A DNA stretch of 32,000 nucleotides, taken from the NCBI RefSeq assembly GCF_047711275.1, contig NZ_JBLNIG010000002.1, forward strand, positions 515,929 through 547,928. Direction: 5' to 3'. This DNA is from Candidatus Nitrosocosmicus sp. FF01 (GTDB taxonomy: Archaea; Thermoproteota; Nitrososphaeria; Nitrososphaerales; Nitrososphaeraceae). Shown here one piece after another: positions 26,513 through 32,000 of the stretch. The notes under the pieces were generated by a model, which worked only from the letters and a program-made list of their open reading frames with translations, did no database searches and was not told the DNA's origin. Every line of letters starts with the position of its first letter. Position 1 is the stretch's first letter. Both the position numbers and the translations under genes were made by a program.

Positions 26513-27361
26513 TTGGGTAATCGATATTTCTCCCCTTCTTTTTTGTTTGTTTTATCGACCTTTATCGCTACCTTTATCGTTGCTTTGGTGATTGCAGTTG
26601 CAGTCGCAGTCACGTATGTACCTTTTTCTTTAGCTATCTATATACCTCATTTTGAATTATTTTTACCTAACGAAAGATTCTTCGAAATAGCCTATGGACA
26701 AGTATATGATGATCTATTTCTCTCAGTTAATCCAGATCCATTTATATCTTCTGAAAGCAATAATCTTCCTCTAATCAATAATTCTAATACCTTTTTTACT
26801 AAAGGATTGTTGTCCACCGTATTAACTCCAGATCCAAACTATTTGACCAAAAATATATCTGAATTATTGTCTCAACAACAACAACAACAACAGCAGCGGA
26901 GGGATAACCTGAGCAGTTCCCAAAATCAGACTGTTCAGACCGATTTGTTTTATCCTTACCCTAAGCTTGTCTCTGGAACTTGGGTTCTTAATGTATCTAA
27001 AGGATTGGTCACCGATTTTCAAGCCAATTTTAAACTACTTCCTGTAAACGGAATTGATAAACACTTTATTGACATCCTGGATTTTCGAAATGCAGATGGT
27101 TCTTCTATAACATTCGACCAATTTTCTAGTACTACCATAAACGGGTTTGCAGACATTAAGATCGATAATGAGTTATTTCAGAAAGACTTACCAATGACAA
27201 TTCAACTCTTTAAAATAAATACTATTGCCATAGATATCAAGGAAGAAGTGGTGTCTAATGTATTTTACAATAATAAATTATTAGGGATTACAGATTCCTT
27301 TAGGAATTTCAAAAACGATGAACTATTGATATTTGACGAAGAAAATGACGATGAAATTTGA
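26513..27361 (+). CDS. Membrane-anchored hypothetical protein with a polyglutamine tract
   Basis: 282 aa. N-terminal TM helix (FLFVLSTFIATFIVALVIAVAVAVTYV), a Q8 tract, a beta-rich C-terminal domain and an acidic tail. TTG start, with TTTTATAT 24 nt upstream (26481..26488). Confidence 0.5.
   Translation: MGNRYFSPSFLFVLSTFIATFIVALVIAVAVAVTYVPFSLAIYIPHFELFLPNERFFEIAYGQVYDDLFLSVNPDPFISSESNNLPLINNSNTFFTKGLLSTVLTPDPNYLTKNISELLSQQQQQQQQRRDNLSSSQNQTVQTDLFYPYPKLVSGTWVLNVSKGLVTDFQANFKLLPVNGIDKHFIDILDFRNADGSSITFDQFSSTTINGFADIKIDNELFQKDLPMTIQLFKINTIAIDIKEEVVSNVFYNNKLLGITDSFRNFKNDELLIFDEENDDEI
26873..26896 (+). repeat. (CAA)6(CAG)2 trinucleotide repeat encoding Q8
   Basis: Read directly: caacaacaacaacaacaacagcag, inside the 26513..27361 CDS. 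Confidence 0.9.
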
Positions 27362-27403
27362 AATATAGTTACTATGTAAAGTATTACTATAGTAGTCCAA
27401 TTA

Positions 27404-27411
27404 TTTAATAT
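27404..27411 (+). promoter_or_regulatory. TATA-box-like element for radA
   Basis: TTTAATAT lies 24 nt before the ATG at 27436. This supports the long form of RadA. Confidence 0.4.
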
Positions 27412-27435
27412 ATCTGAAAGTTGTTATGGTAGAAT

Positions 27436-28551
27436 ATGGGAGAAAAAAAGAATAGTGAAAGGATAAAAGATGAAGACGTCATGAATGCCCTTTCTAGCGA
27501 AAGCCATGAAATTGAGGCAACAGCAGTCGAAGACAATCTCGATTCAAGGCCTATCCCTACGATGATTGATGATTTAGATATTCAAGATATTCCGGGTATC
27601 GGACCTACTACTGCCAAAAAATTGAGAGATGCAGGTATATTAACAGTAATGGATCTTGCAGTTGCATCTTCTGAAGAACTGTCTGTAGAGATCAATTCTT
27701 CAAAAGAGAGTGCAGCCGCATTTATTATAGCAGCCCAACAATTGTTGCGTGACTCCAACCTTTTAGATAAAGAATTTGTTACGGCAGATGTAGCACTTGA
27801 AAAAAGGAAATCTATGCTGCGTTGTACGACCGGATCAAAAGCTTTGGATAAGCTTTTGCTTGGAGGTATAGAGACCCAGGCTGTTACTGAATTTTATGGT
27901 GAGTTTGGATCTGGAAAATCTCAAATTTGTCATACACTTTGTGTTACAGCAAGCCAGCCTGTTGAGAACGGAGGATTTGGAAGTGGCTCAATTTATATCG
28001 ATACTGAAGGAACATTTAGACCTGAAAGAATTGATCAAATAGCAATCTCGAGAGGACTTGATCCAGCAAGTGTTTTAAAAAGCATTGCTGTTTGTAAAGT
28101 ATACAATAGCTCTCACCTTGAATTAATCGTTAAGGATCTTGGAAAATACATTAATGATTTCAAAGCAAGGCTAGTTATCATAGATAGTATTATATCATTA
28201 CATAGGGCAGAATTTGCAGGAAGAGGTACCCTTGCTGATAGACAACAACGACTGAATGGAATGCTACATAAAATAATTCGATTGGCTGAAATATATAACA
28301 TATCTGTTGTCATAACAAATCAGGTTCAATCTTCACCAGATACATTTTTTGGAGATCCTACAAAAGCCGCTGGAGGAAATGTCCTAGGGCATGCCTCGAC
28401 ATATAGAATATATCTTAGAAAATCAGGTGAAAATAGAACTGCCAAGATGATCGATTCTCCTTATCATCCCTACTCAGATACTAAATTTACGGTGACTGAA
28501 AAGGGTGTGGATGACCTGGAAGAAGAAACGAGTTCAAAAAGAGGAAAATAA
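27436..28551 (+). CDS. radA: DNA repair and recombination protein RadA (archaeal Rad51/RecA homologue)
   Basis: 371 aa. N-terminal HhH domain (IPGIGPTTAKKLRDAGI), Walker A GEFGSGKSQ, Walker B LVIIDS, and the conserved ITNQV and GGNVLGHAST blocks. It carries an acidic extension of about 42 aa. An alternative ATG at 27562 would give a typical ~329-aa RadA. Confidence 0.92.
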   Translation: MGEKKNSERIKDEDVMNALSSESHEIEATAVEDNLDSRPIPTMIDDLDIQDIPGIGPTTAKKLRDAGILTVMDLAVASSEELSVEINSSKESAAAFIIAAQQLLRDSNLLDKEFVTADVALEKRKSMLRCTTGSKALDKLLLGGIETQAVTEFYGEFGSGKSQICHTLCVTASQPVENGGFGSGSIYIDTEGTFRPERIDQIAISRGLDPASVLKSIAVCKVYNSSHLELIVKDLGKYINDFKARLVIIDSIISLHRAEFAGRGTLADRQQRLNGMLHKIIRLAEIYNISVVITNQVQSSPDTFFGDPTKAAGGNVLGHASTYRIYLRKSGENRTAKMIDSPYHPYSDTKFTVTEKGVDDLEEETSSKRGK

Positions 28552-28573
28552 AAATATCCCATCACCAACAAAA

Positions 28574-28586
28574 TTTTTTTGTTTTT
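28574..28586 (+). terminator. T-rich terminator candidate after radA
   Basis: TTTTTTTGTTTTT begins 22 nt after the radA stop. Confidence 0.4.
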
Positions 28587-28609
28587 ATTAGCACAATTTA
28601 GCTCTTGAT

Positions 28610-28629
28610 AATTAAATTAAATTAAATTA
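28610..28629. repeat. (AATTA)4 tandem pentanucleotide repeat
   Basis: Read directly: aattaaattaaattaaatta, in the convergent intergenic region. Confidence 0.85.
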
Positions 28630-28643
28630 GTGACGTATTATCT

Positions 28644-28690
28644 GTCAATCCGTCAATCTTGCTGTCAATTCCATTCCAATTCAATCCAAT
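28644..28690. repeat. Cluster of six (T/C)CAAT pentamers, three of them as GTCAAT
   Basis: GTCAAT at 28644, 28652 and 28664. CCAAT at 28676 and 28686. TCAAT at 28681. All lie within 47 bp between two convergent genes. Confidence 0.8.
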
Positions 28691-28833
28691 CATTTTAAAA
28701 TCTTAAAATTTTCAGACGATTAATAATTATTATTTTTTAGATCAAAGTCAGATCGTATCCATTAAGTTTTTACATTCCATTGGATGTGTATATCAAAGTA
28801 CCAGAAGCTAGAGGATATATGATAAATGACGTG

Positions 28834-29856
28834 TCAAATATTTTCTCTCTCCTTGTGGTTGTCGACATCAGCAGCATGCTCGTACTCCTTATTAGACTCG
28901 TTGAGGGTTGTTTTTCGTTTATTACTGTCTTCTTTAGGATCAATAGTAAGCAGGACAACAATGGGGATTAGAATCAAATTATTTTTGCATCTATATGCCT
29001 CCATCTCTTTGAAATATGTGTCAATAACTTCTTTGCAATGACGATACTGGCTAATTGAAGCATTCATAATATTGATGAAGTTGAATATATTTTGACAAAT
29101 CAATCCTAATGTTTGTGTCTGGAAAACTAAACTAGAATGTTCTCTTTCAATCTGATGTAATTGATTATTTCGTTCATTGATGGCTGCCTTTAATCCTCCA
29201 TAATTCTTTAATTCTTCTCTTAGTTTTTTCCATCCCTTTGTATCTTTATTGCTACTTGCATCAGACTGGACATTTTCATTTCTTGAATCGTCGGATAGAA
29301 GATCCGACATAGTTCGACTTTCATTAAATATGCGACTCATTTCAACTATATCTTGCTCAGTTATACCCCTTTTAAAGAGAGACAATAGTGTGGATGCTAT
29401 CCACGGTTGGGATAAAAGGTTCTGTCTACCTACTTTTACTTGGAAATTCAACGTGTCTAGTTCTTCTCTTTTTTCGTTTACCCTGTCTTCAAATTTGAGC
29501 TTGTCATAATAATTATTTTCTACATCCTTTATGAAAAAAGCAACAGGATTTTCACTCCTATCAAAATCCTTTAGAGAATCCCCGAGATGTCTAATTTCTG
29601 AAACTGTTAACCATAATTGCTTAAGTTCATTTATTCCAAATTTCATGACATCAAGTTGCTGATACAAGTCCAACTTCATTCTGTGCTTATCTAATATCGA
29701 CTGACTTGATCTAATGTTTTGATGCAGCTCTGATAATTGATTGTTAAGTGCTTGAATTTGATTTTCGTTAGTCTTGATATCCCATTCTAATCTTTGAAGC
29801 TTTCTCGTATAGATGAACAATACTTGTAACATTGTATTCCTTTTCCTTAAAGTCAT
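28834..29856 (-). CDS. Coiled-coil hypothetical protein; probably the C-terminal part of a frame-disrupted larger gene
   Basis: 340 aa. Heptad-rich sequence (LQRLEWDIKTNENQIQALNNQLSELHQ...) with a short hydrophobic segment near the C-terminus (LILIPIVVLLTI). Its first ~30 codons overlap the upstream ORF in another frame and look non-native. Confidence 0.5.
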   Translation of the reverse strand: MTLRKRNTMLQVLFIYTRKLQRLEWDIKTNENQIQALNNQLSELHQNIRSSQSILDKHRMKLDLYQQLDVMKFGINELKQLWLTVSEIRHLGDSLKDFDRSENPVAFFIKDVENNYYDKLKFEDRVNEKREELDTLNFQVKVGRQNLLSQPWIASTLLSLFKRGITEQDIVEMSRIFNESRTMSDLLSDDSRNENVQSDASSNKDTKGWKKLREELKNYGGLKAAINERNNQLHQIEREHSSLVFQTQTLGLICQNIFNFINIMNASISQYRHCKEVIDTYFKEMEAYRCKNNLILIPIVVLLTIDPKEDSNKRKTTLNESNKEYEHAADVDNHKERENI

Positions 29857-30073
29857 AGAATACTTTAGTGAATGGTTCTAAATCTTTTCTTAAATCGATG
29901 TGACAATCATTTTTCAATATATTTTCAAGGTGTGTAAATGTTTCATGGAATACGAGTATGGACTCTTTTTCTTGCTTCAGGGATGCCACTTCATCTTCTA
30001 GTTCCTTTATTTGTTCTTCATGTTTTCTTATCGTATTTCTTGTATTCCTCTCGGTTTGAAGTAATTGTTCCAA
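29768..30073 (-). CDS. Coiled-coil hypothetical protein fragment (middle part of the same disrupted gene?)
   Basis: 101 aa from a TTG. The frame stays open a further 48 codons upstream, to 30217, with no canonical start. That is the 7-nt overlap with the preceding ORF. Confidence 0.4.
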   Translation of the reverse strand: MEQLLQTERNTRNTIRKHEEQIKELEDEVASLKQEKESILVFHETFTHLENILKNDCHIDLRKDLEPFTKVFYDFKEKEYNVTSIVHLYEKASKIRMGYQD

Positions 30074-30210
30074 ATCCCTTTTCTTTACTTCTATAAAATC
30101 AGAAACTAAAGATACAGAAGGTATTAAATTATTTTTGTCAATCTGATTAACTATTTCTGAAGAAGTACCTGACGATGTTTTGGCTATTTCCTTTATATAA
30201 ATACTGGTAA

Positions 30211-30573
30211 TTATTGACTAGTGAAATTTAACAAATCTGTAATCCAAGCGGTTATGATATTTGGACCAATGCCATATTCTTTGCATTTTAGATATATTTC
30301 ATTAATAAAGAAAGATAAATCGTCTATATCAGAGTCAACAGCCTCATTTTCCTTAACTATATCAAATTTCTTTAATGATTGTAAAATTCTAAACCCTTTG
30401 GCACATTGTCTGACATCTACACCTGATTTTCTTATTAGTGTGGTTATTTGGCGTATTTCATCGATATCTGGAATTTGAGTTCTTTTCTTCCATTCATTAA
30501 TTTTGTTAGAAACCGAACCAGCGGCAGCATTGGTGACCTCTTGTAATTTCATCTCTTGTACATCCCAATACAT
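30211..30573 (-). CDS. Hypothetical protein (possible N-terminal part of the disrupted gene)
   Basis: 120 aa, ATG start. No motif recognised. It contains helix-rich modules (KSGVDVRQCAKGFRILQSL, GIGPNIITAWITDLL). Iteron-like repeats lie 77 to 120 nt upstream. Confidence 0.5.
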   Translation of the reverse strand: MYWDVQEMKLQEVTNAAAGSVSNKINEWKKRTQIPDIDEIRQITTLIRKSGVDVRQCAKGFRILQSLKKFDIVKENEAVDSDIDDLSFFINEIYLKCKEYGIGPNIITAWITDLLNFTSQ

Positions 30574-30649
30574 GATTTAGAATAATTTGTTCTTCTAGAT
30601 ATTTGCTAAGCATGATAGCTCTATAGCATTTCGCAAAGCATAATAGATT

Positions 30650-30692
30650 TCGTCATTTCCGTCATTTCTATCGTCATTTCCGTCATATTCTA
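30650..30692. repeat. Four copies of the 9-mer CGTCATTTC (last copy CGTCATATTC), arranged as two 21/22-bp tandem units
   Basis: Read directly: tCGTCATTTC CGTCATTTC ta tCGTCATTTC CGTCATATTC ta. 9-mer starts at 30651, 30660, 30672 and 30681. Confidence 0.9.
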
Positions 30693-30843
30693 GAGCTATT
30701 CCTGGTTGCGCGTGATTACCATACTAAAATTCAGGAGTCCGATGAAAAATATGTAAAGAGTTATAGTGAGTTCAAACAATATTTAAATTTCAAAATCTTT
30801 TTTAAGATGTTCAATACAATATATAATACACAGTATTCCTTAG

Positions 30844-31014
30844 TCAGATACGTTGTGCGTATAAGGTCTTACCTCTTGCGTAGGACCTTATAATGTTGTG
30901 GATTTTGTCAAGATGAATGTTTGTAATCTTTTTGCGAATGAAAAATCGGTTGAAATATGTTGATATCATACTACGTCTAAAATTTGGCAATCTCTCCATG
31001 GAGGATGAAACCAT
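30844..31014 (-). CDS. Very tentative 56-aa basic ORF
   Basis: Hand translation: MVSSSMERLPNFRRSMISTYFNRFFIRKKITNIHLDKIHNIIRSYARGKTLYAQRI*. Below the ORF-track cutoff. It contains the 30860..30892 hairpin, which argues against coding. Confidence 0.2.
   Translation of the reverse strand: MVSSSMERLPNFRRSMISTYFNRFFIRKKITNIHLDKIHNIIRSYARGKTLYAQRI
30860..30892. other. Strong 13-bp stem / 7-nt loop hairpin
   Basis: TATAAGGTCTTAC ctcttgc GTAGGACCTTATA. There are 12 Watson-Crick pairs plus one G-U. GTTGTG occurs on both flanks (30852..30857 and 30895..30900). Confidence 0.8.
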
Positions 31015-31158
31015 TCGGATTGTTTGTTTCTTTAATCTTTTTGGTTCAAAGTCTGGAAAGTTTTCTAATAAAATTATTTAAGAGTAAAATTGAGTTCGTA
31101 ATGCATTATATTACATTTCATGATAAATTCTTTGATTAATAGGTTGACGACTACCCTA

Positions 31159-31593
31159 TTAATCGCCAAAACTAAAGTCTATTCCACTTTCTCTCATTGT
31201 ATCTTCAACTTCATCCATTATGTCGCGACTGCTGTCGTTGTTGTCATTGTCGTTATTATTATCTTCGTTATCGTTGTTATTACTCTCCTCTTCCTGTTCA
31301 TCATCATTTCTATTGTTGTCTTCCTCTTCTGTGGTCTCTTCTTCAACTTCCTCTTCCTCTTCAGTGGCTACTTCAGAAGTATCATCTGCTAATGCTGCTG
31401 TTGTTGGAGTAGTAGTTCCTGCTGTTTGACCGGGAATAGTACCCCCTACTGTAGTGCAACATACTGGTCCACTTCCTGTATCTTGATTAAATTGTTGAAT
31501 TTGAGCAACTGGCTGAATAGCATTTGATGCTAGTGTGCTATTACCATTGGTTGAGTTAGAAGCAGACTCTAACATCAGTTCATAGTTTGTCAA
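31159..31593 (-). CDS. Thr/Gly-rich and extremely acidic (Glu/Asp/Asn) C-terminal segment; probably the 3' part of the gene that continues to 32000
   Basis: The track gives 144 aa from a TTG. The same frame is open upstream to 31740 (QDNFKDILCTAGNNTGTGNGTTGSVALPPQPSQAYYSVNITASNF...) and overlaps the 3' end of the upstream ORF. Confidence 0.45.
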   Translation of the reverse strand: MTNYELMLESASNSTNGNSTLASNAIQPVAQIQQFNQDTGSGPVCCTTVGGTIPGQTAGTTTPTTAALADDTSEVATEEEEEVEEETTEEEDNNRNDDEQEEESNNNDNEDNNNDNDNNDSSRDIMDEVEDTMRESGIDFSFGD

Positions 31594-31664
31594 TTGTGCT
31601 TGAGTAAAGTTACTAGCAGTAATATTTACAGAATAATATGCCTGTGAGGGTTGAGGGGGTAATG

Positions 31665-32000
31665 CTACACTACCAGTAGTACCATTACCAGTACCAGTAT
31701 TATTACCAGCTGTGCACAGTATATCTTTGAAGTTATCTTGTTATTTCCTTCATTGATACTGGTATAATTACTTGAGAGTGTATATTGCCATGTTGAATAA
31801 TCGTTATTTCCTTGTATTCCTGTAGGTTGGACATTTTGATAGGGCTTTACGTTATTCACAATAATTGTCACATCACAGTCAGTTGAAGCAGTATCCTTTG
31901 AGACTCCATAGATTACTAGTGACTTGTTTGAATTAAGGGGAACCAAGTCACCTTTGTCGGGTGAATTTATCTTTATACCTCCTGCAAGTTTTGAGATGCT
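31665..32000 (-). CDS. Ig-like/beta-sandwich secreted-protein fragment (5' end beyond the window); probably the 5' part of a frameshifted gene
   Basis: The frame is open to the window edge (SISKLAGGIKINSPDKGDLVPLNSNKSLVIYGVSKDTASTDCDVTIIVNNVKPYQNVQPTG...STWQYTL...EGNNKITSK), the pattern of bacterial/archaeal Ig-like repeats. The last ~20 codons (LVIILVLVMVLLVV*) look like out-of-frame read-through. Confidence 0.45.
   Translation of the reverse strand, partial: SISKLAGGIKINSPDKGDLVPLNSNKSLVIYGVSKDTASTDCDVTIIVNNVKPYQNVQPTGIQGNNDYSTWQYTLSSNYTSINEGNNKITSKIYCAQLVIILVLVMVLLVV

Noticed and set aside
28770-29041. Small ORFs 28770..28961 (-), 28780..28971 (+) and 28826..29041 (+).
   Set aside because: They are short, mutually overlapping and without motifs. 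They straddle the 3' end of the 340-aa coiled-coil gene.
31120-31429. Three plus-strand ORFs (90, 71 and 69 aa) rich in Ile/Val/Leu/Ser.
   Set aside because: They are reverse-complement shadows of the GAA/GAT/AAT repeat coding for the acidic tail on the minus strand.

Overview
The window looks like a chromosomal segment of a visibly AT-rich ammonia-oxidising archaeon (Nitrososphaeria/Thaumarchaeota). A soil-type lineage such as Nitrososphaerales or Ca. Nitrosocosmicus is only an inference, drawn from the AT-richness and the multiple unlinked amoC copies. Most of it is tightly packed core metabolism and information processing: the tail of a his operon (HAD hydrolase, hisB, hisH), gatD-gatE, a Sulfolobus-type dicluster ferredoxin, glyA, dCMP deaminase, HAD/HIT/ArsR/ABC-ATPase genes, smc, purB, rtcB, a PDCD5-like DNA-binding protein and radA. 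The clearest structure is a 770-bp direct repeat (9963..10732 and 23500..24269, 13,537 bp apart). Each copy carries a whole amoC transcription unit with TATA-containing upstream region, CDS and poly-T terminator. I found only two differences, both synonymous and both inside the CDS. The less ordinary parts are: (i) three secreted or membrane-anchored proteins of unknown function next to amoC copy 2, one ending in a Met/His-rich tail; (ii) a 799-aa membrane-anchored HD-domain protein directly upstream of smc; (iii) the right-hand 3.4 kb (28.6-32.0 kb), where two hypothetical genes appear split by three frame breaks, each repairable by a single-A indel, with iteron-like 9-mer repeats, a strong hairpin and a (T/C)CAAT cluster alongside; (iv) a 48-54 aa CxxC...CxxC zinc-ribbon gene missing from the ORF track; and (v) a 720-bp gap without a credible ORF upstream of gatD. 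I could not recognise any tRNA, rRNA, CRISPR array or intact transposase. All functional calls rest on motifs I recognise by eye in the translations, not on database searches.
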